From the human T2T-CHM13v2.0 reference genome, Homo sapiens: a stretch of 64,000 nt of DNA. The position numbers and the translations under genes are program-made. Below the pieces are notes generated by a model. It was given only the letters and a program-made list of their open reading frames with translations, made no database searches and had not been told where the DNA came from. Shown here in pieces: positions 13,200-26,375 of this stretch. The first letter of the stretch is position 1. The number at the start of each line of letters is the position of its first letter. The stretch lies in the NCBI RefSeq assembly GCF_009914755.1, contig NC_060925.1; one strand, written 5' to 3'.

Positions 13200-14110
13200 A
13201 GACTTCAAGTTCTGGGAAGAAGGAATAGATATATTTCCCATTCTTCCCATTTTAAGTATAACTTAAAACCCTAAGACATTATACATAAAACAAACATAAG
13301 ACGACTCCGAAATGTGAAGAAAAAAACTTCCTCAGGACACTGGGACCTGATAAACAACATAACGGTGAGTTTTCTGGGGTTTCTTCTTGGTTCATATATC
13401 CCAGAATTAGAACTAAAGAAGATGGTAACCCATAAATGACAACAGCTGTAAAGAGAAAAAGCCCCAACAAAAGCCTGCTCTTTCTAGCCAAAGGATTAGG
13501 AAAGGGGTAGACCAGAAAGACAGACAACTCACAGAAAGTAACAATTCTACTTGAGATAAACATCACAGAAAAAAAAAAACTGGCCCCATGTCACCAATGT
13601 CAACAATGGACAAGTGCAGGGGGAGCTAGATTTCCAACCTCATGAGGCTATAATGAGATGCTCAAACACATCTGCAAGAGTGGTGTCAGAAAAATGCTGG
13701 GTGTGGTTACTCATCCCAAAAATCCCAGCACTTTGGAAAGCTGAGGAGGGCGAATCACTTGAGGACAGGAGTTTGAGACCAGCCCAGGCAACACAGCGAG
13801 ACCCCGTCTCTACTAAAAATACAAAAAATTAGCTGGGTGTGGTCCCAGCTACTCAGGAGGATGAGGCACAAGAATTGCTTGAACCTGGGAGATGGTAGTT
13901 GCAGTGAGCTGAGATCGCGTCACTGCACTCCAGCCTGGGGAACAGAGTGAGACTCTGTCTACAAATTAAAAAAAAAAAAAAAAAAAAGAGTGATGTCAGA
14001 AAAAGACAGGACATTAACCCTCACTGGCTGACAACAAGCCTCTCCTCACACATTGTCAGTAGAAACCACACGGGGAACCTGGACTTCTACCTCCAACCTG
14101 GGTTGGGTTT
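13200..14110 (+). mobile_element. Old L1 5'-region fragment (interrupted by an Alu)
   Basis: gacttcaagttctgggaagaaggaatagat... resembles L1M/L1MB 5' ends. Confidence 0.5.
13696..13985 (+). mobile_element. Alu
   Basis: Dimer. 19-bp TSD aagagtg(g/a)tgtcagaaaaa at 13676-13694 and 13986-14004. Confidence 0.93.
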
Positions 14111-14122
14111 CGGATCCAAAGC

Positions 14123-14216
14123 ATACTGTATTTTCAATCTCTATTTGGTTGGGAAAAAAATCTGCATATAAGTGGATCCACACAGTTCAAATCCATGTTG
14201 CTCAAGGATCAACTGT
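14123..14216. mobile_element. Tigger2/MER8-type terminal fragment
   Basis: ...ataagtggatccacacagttcaaatccatgttgctcaaggatcaactgta end. Confidence 0.65.
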
Positions 14217-14276
14217 ATTTACAAATTTACAGCATATTTAATTTTACTTTAAAATAAATCATAAATTTATAATAAA

Positions 14277-14808
14277 TGTATAATTTTATAATAATTTTAT
14301 GTTGCCTCAGCATCCACTTTGAATGCAGGTTTAGCTTTCTTGTTTCAGAGGCAGGGTTTAGTCACTCTTGATGCAGTTTCCAGTTCTACACCACACCCAA
14401 GGGGCTCAAGCAGGAGACATCTCTCCCACCTAGCAGACTGGGATCCTGCCTTCCAGCTGCCTCCTCTAAGGGGACCATTCAAGCACTGGCTTACAAACTT
14501 AAAGTGACCTACACCCTATTCCCTAATATATACTGCTAGTTGCCATGCTCTCCTGCTCAAAGTTCTCTGTCTGCCTGCACTCCCTGACCTCCAGGTGTGT
14601 GGCCTCCAGGGGTGCCACGTGCCACAAGGTAAGTACTAAAAACTCTTAAATGTTCACATCGAGGTTGTCATTGACACTGTACCAGCAATCTGACTCCTGA
14701 CTGCAAGGTTGCTTCAGAAAGGATGCATGCAGGTGGATCCCCTGCTGGTACTCTTTTGTTCAGGCCTCTGGTGGCTGCTGGTGACAGGAGCCACCAGCTA
14801 CGTTGACA
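14277..14808 (+). mobile_element. Solo LTR (LTR47-like, ERVL)
   Basis: TG...CA ends. tttatgttgcctcagcatcc...gtttccagttctacaccacacccaa recalled as LTR47. Confidence 0.7.
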
Positions 14809-14825
14809 GAGAAAACAGGCAGTAC

Positions 14826-14881
14826 AAGAAAGGAAGGAAGGAAGGAAGGAAGGAAGGAAGGAAGGAAGGAAGGAAGGAAGG
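14826..14881. repeat. (GAAG)n tetranucleotide microsatellite, homopurine tract
   Basis: About 12 perfect GAAG units. Confidence 0.97.
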
Positions 14882-14919
14882 TAAGAAAGGAAAAAGAAGA
14901 AAAAAAAGGAAAACTAAAG

Positions 14920-15560
14920 ACTAATATCCTTCATGTATATAGATGCAAAAATCCTTAAAAATATATTAGGAATGGAATTCAGCAATATATAAAAATAATT
15001 GTACACCATGACCATGGTTTACAACAGGGATGTATGGCTGGTTCAATACTTTAAAATCAACCAATGTAATTCACCATATTAACAGGTTATTTTTTGAAAA
15101 TCGTATGTTCATATCAATTGATACAGAAAAAGAATCTGACAAAATTCAGCACCCATTAATGATTTTAAAAACCCTTAGAAGTACAGAAACAGAGGAAAAT
15201 GAATGCTTTTCCCCAAGATTAAGAAGCTAGAATGTTCTTCTCATCATTCTTCTTTTAACACAGTGCTGCAAGTTCTTGCAATAAGGCAAGAAAAGGAAAC
15301 AAAAAGCATATAGATCAGAAAGGGAGAAATAAAACTGTTCCCACCTGCAGGTGACATGATTGTCAGAATTAAAAATCCCAAAGAATCTATTTTTTAAAAA
15401 CCCTCCTAGAACTAATAAGTGAGTTCAGCAACACTATAGAATACAAAATAAACATATAAAAATCAACTATATTTCTATATATTACAATAAACACATGAAC
15501 AATAAAATTAAAAATACGATACCATTTGGAATTGCTCAGAAAATGAAATTACTTATTATT
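14920..15560 (+). mobile_element. Old L1 ORF2 fragment
   Basis: agatgcaaaaatcct..., tgacaaaattcagcaccca, ctagaactaataagtgagttcagca. Confidence 0.75.
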
Positions 15561-16339
15561 ATTCTATATATACTGGGTTAGACATCAACAAAGGTTTCCT
15601 TTGGATAGTGCCAGAACATTATTGTGAATGACAGCAAAACGTTTTAATATTTAAAAATTCAGCTCTTACATAGAGCTAACAAAGAAGCTCACAACTATTT
15701 TAGTGAATGACATAACAACTAGATTGTTGATTTGAATATTTTACATCAATACCATCTATTTCAAGGCAGTTTTAAAATTAATTAGCAAGCTTTCAAAAGC
15801 TACTGCCATTCAAAGCCACATTCTACTATTAAAAAGAGGAGAGATATGCTTATGAATAAGTTTTCCAAATCGATATCGCTTCTCTGAAGACGAATCACTG
15901 ACCATTCTAGCTGGTCTTCTGTTCTACTGCTTTTTTAGTGTCATACAACTCTAACACAGACATTCAGTGGCACTCTTAATGTTATTGTTGGTACCAAAGC
16001 AAACTCCATGATTCACTTATCATGTTCCCAATCTACAATAACTTACTTTTGGAAAGATAAAGTAACAGAGATTAGATATATAGATATTTCTTAGGAGGAG
16101 AGCCTCTTAAAAACACAAAATAGCATTCATAAATTATGCTCAAAACTAAGATCTCCATATATTTAATATAAACAAAGTATTAATATGGCATTTTAAATAG
16201 TCATTTTTATAAAAGATGCTACATTAGATTATTTCTTCTCTTTCACTTATTTTTGCCTAAAACTACCTTTCTGGAGAGGCCTCACCATTCTCGTTAAAAT
16301 AGTACCTTCTGCTCTCTCTCCCTATCCCTCTGCTTATTC

Positions 16340-16962
16340 AGATCATGTAATGCCTCTAAACCCTGCGAAAAACTGCCATTTCATTCTGAGTAAAAACCAA
16401 AGACCTTACAACAATCAGTAAGGCTCTACTGATCAGGCAACAAGCCCATTTCACCCCTTTAGTTCTCATTTCCTTCCATTCTCCCTGCCTGCTCATTCTG
16501 CTCTAGCCATCCAGTACTCTCTGTTTTACTTGAACACCTGGGGCACATTTGATTTTAGAGTTTTTGCACCGGCTAGTCCTTCTGCCTGGAACACATATTT
16601 TGCAGATAACTGTATGGCTAACCCCCTTGCCTTCTTTAAATTTTTGCTAACATGTCACCTTCTCAGTCAGGCCTACCCCTGGAGCACTATATTTAAAATG
16701 ATAAAACTCCTCATTTTGCACATCTGACTAATTCTCCTTATTCTATTCTTATTTTTAAAGCACTTATTACCTTCCAACATATTGTATCATTTACAAAGTT
16801 ATATATTTACTGGTTTCTGTTTTCTGTCCTTTACCCAGGCCAAAGCAAAGAATTTTTGTTTAGTCTGTTTTGCTTAATGTTGAATCCCAAGAGCCTAAAA
16901 CAACACCTGCTACATAGTAGGTGCTCAATATATTTATTGAAAAAATGCAATAAATGAATAAT
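16340..16962 (+). mobile_element. L2 LINE 3' fragment
   Basis: Ends with catagtaggtgctcaatatatttattgaa...aatgaat. Confidence 0.7.
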
Positions 16963-17469
16963 AGGTATACGAACACTTGTCAAATTTAGTTTTAATCTCA
17001 GTAATACACTGAAAAAATAATTGCATTAACAAAGAAAATAAATTTTCTTGATGCCTGTATACATGCACTCTGCTTGTCTCTAGTGTCCTTCTTCCTCACT
17101 CCTAACTCACCTTTTCCTCTCCTCACAAATATGCTTTGCCAGACAAATTCCAAAATGAATAGGCCTTCCAAAAAAGCCATCCTTGTTCACGTAAGTCTGT
17201 GTCAGGTGATCCTCCTATGTACTCTCCACGTACCTCCATTTATTTTTCCTGATAGCCTTTTCATATGTATTGCAATAACTGTTTATCTGTTTCCCAGACC
17301 AAAATGTGAACTCCTTGAGAGCAGAACCCATTCTTATTTGCCCTTCCCTGACTAGCATGCAACTCACATCACATAACACAGACAGGTTCTCAATAGATGT
17401 TTTTTGTGTGAATAAACCATTTTTTAAACATTTCCTAAATTGAATTAACAGTGAATCACAGATATTTAC

Positions 17470-17592
17470 CTGTTACTTGTTTTCTTAGTTTTTCAATTTC
17501 TTCTTTTAAGTTTTTTATTTCTAAATCTTTGCTTGCTGTTAGTGGACCATCAACAGTTGAATACTGCAGAGCTTGGACAGTCTGTGTTGACT
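17470..17592 (-). CDS. CDC42BPA: CDC42BPA coding exon (~exon 11, 123 nt, phase 1 to 1): STQTVQALQYSTVDGPLTASKDLEIKNLKEEIEKLRKQVT
   Basis: Manual translation. Acceptor ccttttttttaaAG, donor CAG|GTAAAT. Confidence 0.96.
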
Positions 17593-17761
17593 CTTTAAAA
17601 AAAAGGATAAAAGAAATAAAAATATCACCATACTCTAAATTCTTAAAACTAATAACATTATTTTTTTGGAGAGAAATTCTTATACAATTTTATAGAACAA
17701 AACATCTACTCACTGACAAAAAGCATGTGAATACTCAAAAATTAAGTCATAAAAAATCAGA

Positions 17762-18027
17762 CCAGGCATGGTAATCCCAGCACTTTGGGAGGCCAAAGTG
17801 GGAGGATCACTTGAGTACAGGAGTATGAGACCAGACTGGGCAACAGAATGACACCCTTTCTCTACAAAAGATATAAAAATTGGCAGGGCATGGTGGCACA
17901 TGCCTGAAGTCCCGCTACTCAGGAGGCTCAGATGGGAGAATTGCTTGAGCCCCGGAGGTTGAGGTGGTAGTGAGCCTTGATCATGGCACTGTACTCCATC
18001 CTGGGAGACAAAGTGAGACTGTATCTC

Positions 18028-18056
<29 letters not shown>
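17762..18056 (+). mobile_element. Alu (J-type) with small 5' deletion
   Basis: Dimer with a long A tail; ~170 nt upstream of the exon 11 acceptor. Confidence 0.92.
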
Positions 18057-18059
<3 letters not shown>

Positions 18060-18885
18060 ACTGCATATATATATATACAAAAGAATCCACCTTCTAATAA
18101 TTTTTGGTTTTAAATACTATTGGCGTACTCTGCCAATGAATCAACTACATAGCTCCTTTTTCTCCTAGTAGGAACATCACCATGTGATAACTCAAAAGCC
18201 TGGTATGTCAGTCAGATGCTATACGAAGAACTGAATCTGGTTTACAAATGGAGAGTTAGGCATGTTAATATACATATGCAGAAATGCTGGCCTTCCAAAT
18301 TTTATGTCTGAAAGTTGAGGCCCAGCTACAGGTAACCATGGCTCAACAATTTAGCTAAAATATTTAGTTAAAATAGAAAATATTAATTTATCTTGCACTT
18401 CTAATTAAAAAATACAAGGTTTTAAAAAAACAATAACTCTATTGAGGCTTATTCCCAGATATCATCAAAAGACATGGAACAAAGAAAACATTTTTTACCA
18501 TTTTACATCAGAAATGAAATTGCCCTTTGTTCTAAAATAGGTATTCTGCTATTTATGGAGGGATTCTCACATAATAAGTCTCTCCCTTACCATAATTCTT
18601 TATGAGTTAGTGCAAATCATTACTGATTACTTTGTGTGTGCATATGTACGTGTGTGTGTGTGTAAACCATAATCCCTATATGTTTGGCAGTCAATAAATA
18701 TTTGTTAATTTGAATTAAAGGTATAAGATATACTAGATTGTGCATCTGATGTTGATTTTCTGCATCCTATAAGTATTTCTTATACATTTCTTTCTCTTTG
18801 GGTTCAAAACATACTAAAAACTGGTCCTTTCCGTATTTATTATTTTGAAAAGAACATCCATTGTTTTTATTTTTTAAGACATCTA

Positions 18886-19260
<375 letters not shown>

Positions 19261-19556
19261 TTAATAGGAGCTACTTTTCCTCCTGTACCCCACCTACCAC
19301 AGGTATGAAGGTGGGGCAGGCATCCTCGCTCATTATTGCCACCTCTTTCCTCAAAATTCCTAGGTCTACTGAAATGACCATTTCCTGCTTATGTGGTTAT
19401 CCACTTGTCTTCCCTATCTTACTCTTTTTTAAATAAGGATTTTACATGTTGTTCTCTGCTGTTCTTTCCATTACTACTCTTCTTATTATTCTTAGTAACT
19501 TTAACATCAAAATAGATAATCCATCTAACACTGACTTCTGAGGCACATAAATCCCC

Positions 19557-20219
19557 TACGGCAGATACTGCTTGTTTTTACCCGACATCTATTCATCTCT
19601 TCTGTCTTGTGAACCAAATTCAATTATCAGGCTACAGTGTGCACATGTAAGGTGGGCCCAGTCAAAACTGGCTGGTTTAAGTTAATCATAATAATTCCAT
19701 TCTACATTGCAAGTGTTGGTCAAGAATTAGGTATGTGACCTAGTTAGAACTTAAATGGTACCTTGAGAAGAAGTCCACTAGGGGGCTTCAGGGAGAGGTT
19801 TTAATCTCCCATTAAATGAAAGATGTATGAAACTAAATGAATCTTTCCACTTTCTGGGTCTCTGGATATGTGCAGATATGAAGATGGAATTCTTGGTGTA
19901 CTCTGCCAATGAATCTACTTAGCTCCTTTTTGTCCTAGCAGGGAACATCACCGTGTGATAAATGAAATGCCTGGTATGTCTGTCAGATGATATATGAAGA
20001 ACTGAATCTGGTGTATGAAGGGAGGTCTTACCTTCCAAAGTTTACATCTGAAAGTTGAGGCTTACAATATTGTGGAATCATGTAAGGAAAGCCAAGAAAT
20101 TAATAGGGAAGCTACCCTAAAATTGGCACTGAAACCATTTACTTCTGACTTAAGTGAGAAAATAAATCCATATTATTTAAGAATTCTCACATCTGCAGCC
20201 CAAAACAATCTAGCTGATA
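19557..20219 (+). mobile_element. MLT1-type MaLR solo LTR, interrupted by a local duplication
   Basis: 3' end gtgagaaaataaatcc...tgcagcccaaaacaatctagctgata is typical of MLT1. Confidence 0.6.
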
Positions 20220-20478
20220 GACTTCTCTCCAGCATAACCATCAGATTAACTGGCCACATCCTAAACTAGTGGTTCTCTACTGCAGGTGGTACCATCACCT
20301 TATGTAAGGGGACAGGAGAACGGGAGTCAGTTGTTGACACAGCACATGAGGAGACTGCTACAAGCATTTAACATCTGGAAACTCAGAATGTTCAATATCT
20401 CAGAGTGTGAAACTCTCTCTCATGTGAAAAAATTACCTCACCCCAAATGCTTGTGGTTCACCAATTAAGAAATTCAAC

Positions 20479-22338
20479 CCTCTCCCTCTCCCTCTCCCTC
20501 TCCCCACGGTCTTCCTCTCCCTCTCTTTCCACGGTCTCCCTCTGATGCCGAGCCAAAGCTGGAGAGTACTGCTACCATCTCGGCTCACTGCAACCTCCCT
20601 GCCTGATTCTCCTGCCTCAGCCTGCCGAGTGCCTCAGGCGCGCCGCCACACCTGACTGGTTTTCGTATTTTTTTGGTGGAGACGGGGTTTCGCTGTGTTG
20701 GCCGGGCTGGTCTCCAGCTCCTAACCGCGAGTGATCCGCCAGCCTCGGCCTCCCGAGGTGCCGGGATTGCAGACGGAGTCTCGTTCACTCAGTGCTCAAT
20801 GGTGCCCAGGCTGGAGTGCAGTGGCGTGATCTCGGCTCGCTACAACATCTACCTCCCAGCCGCCTGCCTTGGCCTCCCAAAGAGCCGAGATTGCAGCCTC
20901 TGCCTGGCTGCCACCCCGTCTGGGAAGTGAGGAGCGTCTCTGCCTGGCCGCCCATCGTCTGGGATGTGAGGAGCCCCTCTGCCTGGCTGCCCAGTCTGGA
21001 AAGTGAGGATCGTCTCTGCCCGGCCGCCATCCCATCTAGGAAGTGAGGAGCGCCTCTTCCCCACCACCATCCCATCTAGGAAGTGAGGAGCGTCTCTGCC
21101 CGCCCGCCCATCGTCTGGGATGTGGAGAGCGCCTCTGCCCCGCCGCCCCGTCTGGGATGTGAGGAGCGCCTCTGCCCGGCCGCAACCCCGTCTGGGAGGT
21201 GAGGAGCGTCTCTGCCCGGCCGCCCCGTCTGAGAAGTGAGGAGACCCTCTGCCTGGCAACCGCCCCGACTGAGAGGTGAGGAGCCCCTCCGCCCGGCAGC
21301 CGCCCCGTCTGAGAAGTGAGGAGCCCCGCCGTCCGGCAGCCACCCCGTCTGGGAAGTGAGGAGCATCTCCGCCCGGCAGCCACCCCGTCCGGGAGGGAGG
21401 TGGGGGTCAGCCCCCACCAGGCCAGCCGCCCCGTCCGGGAGGGAGGTGGGGGGGTCAGCCCCCCCGCCCGGCCAGCCGCCCTGTCCGGGAGGCGAGGGGC
21501 ACCTCTGCCCGGCCACCCCTACTGGGAATTGAGGAACTCCTCTGCCTGGCCGGCCGCCCCGTCTGGGAGGGAGGTGGGGGGGTCAGCCCCCCGCCCGGCC
21601 AGCTGCCCCATCTGGGAGGTGAGGGGCGCCTCTGCCCGGCCGCCCCTACTGGGAAGTGAGGAGCCCCTCTGCCTGGCCAGCCGCCCAGTCCGGGAGGAGG
21701 TGGGGGCGGACAGCCCCCCGCCTGGCCAGCTGCCCCATCCGGGAGGTGAGGGGCGCTTCTGCCCGGCCGCCCCTACTGGGAAGTGAGGAGCCCCTCTGCC
21801 CGGCCACGACCCCATCTGGGAGGTGTACCCAACAGCTCATTGAGAACGGGCCATGATGACAATGGCGGTTTTGTGGAATAGAAAGGGGGGAAGGGTGGGG
21901 AAAAGATTGAGAAATCGGATGGTTGCCGTGTCTGTGCAGAGAGAAGTAGACATGGGAGACTTTTCATTTTGTTCTGTACTAAGAAAAATTCTTCTGCCTT
22001 GGGATCCTATTGATCTGTGACCTTACCCCCAACCCTGTGCTCTCTGAAACATGTGCTGTGTCCACTCAGGCTTAAATGGATTAAGGGCGGTGCAAGATGT
22101 GCTTTGTTAAACAGATGCTTGAAGGCAGCATGCTCGTTGAGAGTCATCACCACTCCCTAATCTTAAGTACCCAGGGACACAAACACTGCGGAAGGCCGCA
22201 GGGTCCTCTGCCTAGGAAAACCAGAGACCTTTGTTCACTTGTTTATCTGCTGACATTCCCTCCACTATTGTCCTATGACCCTGCCCAATCCCCCTCTGCG
22301 AGAAACACCCAAGAATGATCAATAAAAAAATAAATGAA

Positions 22339-22369
<31 letters not shown>

Positions 22370-22371
22370 AA
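20479..22371 (+). mobile_element. Full-length SVA retrotransposon (D/E/F-like), antisense to CDC42BPA in intron 10
   Basis: (CCCTCT)n head, antisense Alu-like region, GC-rich VNTR (~20900-21820), SINE-R, AATAAA at 22321 and (TAAA)n tail. 12-bp TSD AAGAAATTCAAC at 20467-20478 and 22372-22383, at a TT|AAGA L1-endonuclease-type site. Confidence 0.98.
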
Positions 22372-23943
22372 AAGAAATTCAACTATACACTTTGTCATTA
22401 TCAATAACTGCATGGCCTCCAAAATCATCTCTCTCATCTGTACAGCTTACTACTCTAGGGACCACTTCAACAATTTTTCATTCCAACCAGAAATGCCAAT
22501 CAATGTGTTCCTAACATTTTCCATTTTTTTCCTCTTTACTTTCTTACTTACCCTGGTTAGATTCTTTGGTCCATCACTGTTTTGCAAATACCTTCAATTT
22601 CTTTACCCTTCTCTCCTCCATTGTACTTATTCTAGAAGGCCCTCTATCTTGGATAATTTCTACTCTCCTCCTACTGTATGATTTTACCCAAGTAGCTGAA
22701 AATGGCTGAAAAAAATACACAGTCATTTAAAACTCATGATTACTAAACTTAAATAACTTGGAAATATCTGGCGATCCTAAACTATTTCCCTAGCTCATTT
22801 ACTCTTTTCGTCTCCATACTGACCATTTCACATTTTCTCTTTTTCTTGTCAAATATCTAATATCTCCTCTACCTTCCTAACTCTCAGTGGATGACCCTAC
22901 TTTGTATGTGATTTATTGTCTGTCTCCTCAAAACAGAATGCAAACATAACAAGGGGAGGTATTTTTGCCTTTATCTGCTTTTTATTACATTCCTGGTCAT
23001 GGGCAGTACAGCTCCTGGGCTGTTTGATACTCAATAAATAGCTAATAAATGAATGAATCAGTTTAAATGTTAATCTATGTCACTGCTATGAAACAAGTAT
23101 TCATACCAAAAGGCAATGATCTTACATTTTTGTTCACTTTGCTCTGTGCAAACGATACTACACATGTAAAAATACTAAGAACAAATTAAAGAATTCAAAA
23201 CATTTAAAAAAAACCCAAAACATAGGAAATTCTTAGTCATAAGGGCATGGACTAGGAAGCAACAGGTCACTGCTTTGTTTCTCCTGCCGTAGAAAGTAAA
23301 AATTCAATACATAATTTGAGAAAATCTTATTTTTAAAAACATCTTTGGTTTATTTTACTTAGTTCTCTTTGCTTTTTCAGTTGGAGTTGGGAAAGTGAGC
23401 CAGGGAAGTGAGGCATTCTGAGGTGAAGAGGCTATTACAACTGCTTCTTACCTGGAAGCCTTATCCATTTCTGTGAGTGTACTTAGGTCAAGCCTGGCCT
23501 TTAAATTGAGAGATAACATGCTGGAAAGAAAAACCACTGAAGCTTCTGGAGGATGTGTGGGGATGGTGCAACAATTTGGAAATCTCAAAGTCCCTAAGCA
23601 TATGGTGCTTTTATTCCCATGGTATATTTTAATTGATGTACTTGGGGGCTGCATGGGAAGTTAGGGAGCTTTGAAAAGTCAGACAGAAATCTCCGATAGT
23701 ACAGAATTATTTCAGAGACAAAGAGCTGCTTGAGGAAGAGAATCTGCTTCAAATACATGGCCAGTCTCTTCATCAAGACACCAAATTTGGAAATGGTATA
23801 GGGCAGAAGGCTGAAGAACAGAACAAATCTCCCATAGTTTAGGAAGTGAAGGAGAAAGAGGCCCAACTAGGCTCTATCCAGCTCCCGATTCTGGGCATTT
23901 GAAATCAAAGGTAGGGTTGAGTCTAATTAAAAATGCAATTTAG

Positions 23944-24263
<320 letters not shown>

Positions 24264-24419
24264 TCAATTCTTGATGGAATGAAAAGGGAGAAACCTCTCT
24301 GGGGCAAAAATAATATAAACTTCCTTCTCTGTGTTATTTTTATTCATGACATCTTTCACATGAGACATTTGGAAAAGCAGAAAAGCATGACAAATGAAAG
24401 AAAAAAACAGAAAGGCAGG

Positions 24420-26375
24420 CTCGCAGAAGATTCAGTTGTTGAAAGTAACAGATAAGGACCTCAAAATATTAAAATGTTAAAGAAAACAGAGAAAAAAATA
24501 CATAAAAATATGGGGAAATTTCAACAGAAAACTGAAACTGAGAGAATCAAATGAATAATCCTTAACTAAAAAAGACAATATCTGAAATTAAGACTAATTA
24601 GATGGACTTAACAGCAAAATGGATAAAGCAGAAGCCAGAACTAGTGAACCTGAAGGCAGATCAATAGAAAATATCTTAATGAAGCACACAAAAAACAGAA
24701 AGAACGGAAGGAACAGAACAGAGCATAAAGGAAATGTGAGATACCATCTAACATATACACAATTACAGTCCCAGAAGGAGAGGAGAAAGTGCATGAGGCA
24801 AAATAATATCTACAGAGATTATGGCTTAGAATTTTGCAAAACTGATAAAAGACATCAAAGAAAATTGCAAAAGCTCAATGAATCTCAACCAGGATTTTCT
24901 GTTCACATAAAGAAAGCGACACGTACGTGAATCACAGTCCAACTATCTGAAATTGAAGTTAAGGACATAATACTGAAAGCAGCCAGAAGGGAAAACATAC
25001 ACATTACATTCAAGAGCTTAAGATTAACAGCTGGCTTCTCAAGAAATATTATGGAAGTTATTATAGAAAACAATGAAATAATACAGTAGAGCTCTGAAAG
25101 AAAAAGCTGCCAAGCTAGAATTCTAACCCAGCACAAGTATTCTTCAAAAATGAAGGTAAAAATAAAGACATTTTCAGATCAACAAAATCCTATCAAGAAT
25201 TTGTCACAACACATTCACATTACAAGAAAACAATAAAGGAAGTTTTTTAGGCTAAAGAAAAATGATTCCAGATAGAAACATGGATCACTAGGGAGAAATA
25301 AAAAGCACCAAAAGGGTAAATATATGGGTAAATAAAAAGATACTTAAAATTAATGAGTAAAGAAAACATAAAGCAACAATCGAGTAAAAGTGTATTAAAA
25401 GATTTATAACACAGATTAAAGTAAACTATGTAACAACAGTCATACAAGGAGTTGTCTAAAGGTTTCTACGTTGTTTGTGAAGTAGTAACATACAAATTAT
25501 TAAGAAAAAGATATATAAAGACCTAATAGAAAAATGGGCAAGAACCTCGAACCAAAACTTCACAAGACTAGATATCCAAATGGATAGTAAATACATGAAA
25601 AGATATTCAACCTCATTATTCATCAGGGAAATGCAAATTAAAATCACGGCAGGACATCACTATACTTCTACCAGAATGGCTACAAGTGAAAAACGCGGAC
25701 GATAAGTTCTGGTGAGGAGTTGAAGACAGTAGAACTCATACATTATTAGTAGAACTATATATTGGTATAGTCACTTTAGAAAACTCTTTGAAAATATCTT
25801 CTAAAGCTGAAAATCCTCTACTATATGGCCCAGAAATTGTACTCCCAGGTATATATCTGAGAGAAATAGTACATAGGACCACCGAAATAAATAGATAAGT
25901 ATATTTGCACGTACTTTACTCACAGTAGTCAACATCTGGAAATAACCCAAATATTTACCAACAACAGACTGGGTAATTTTTTATTGCTGATATACAATGA
26001 AATACTAAACAGCAGTACAAAAAAAAAAAAGAGCAAACTGCTGATATATACAAAACATGGGTGAATTTCAAAAAACAAGTGAAAGATGCCATACACAAAA
26101 GAGAATATACTGTATGATACCATTTATATGAAGATCAAAAACCGGTAAAAATTCATTAATGGTGAAAGAACTTAGGATGATGTTTATTTCATAGTGGTAG
26201 GTTACAAACTGGGAAGGGACATGTGAGGACTTTACCCTATGCTGGACAAATTCTACACATGAATATGGGTGAAGGTTACATCAGTGTATACATATACAAA
26301 TATTTATTAGGCTTATACTTAAAAGTAGAATGTTTGCACACTTTGCTATATGTGTATCACCACAGGAAAAAAAAG
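24420..26375 (+). mobile_element. Old L1 (L1MC/ME-like) ORF1 and 3' fragments
   Basis: agaactagtgaacctgaaggcagatcaatagaaaat..., cagggaaatgcaaattaaaatcac, gaatatactgtatgataccatttatatgaag. Confidence 0.7.

Noticed and set aside
18120-18321. Duplicated segment as a possible intronic snoRNA pair
   Set aside because: No convincing C box with terminal stem, or H/ACA layout, on the gene strand. An Infernal/Rfam search would settle it.
20585-22318. Many overlapping 60-164 aa ORFs on both strands
   Set aside because: They arise from the GC-rich, stop-poor SVA VNTR, Alu-like and SINE-R regions. No evidence of genes.
24619-24930. 103-aa ORF resembling L1 ORF1p
   Set aside because: Decayed fragment of an ancient L1, not an intact gene.
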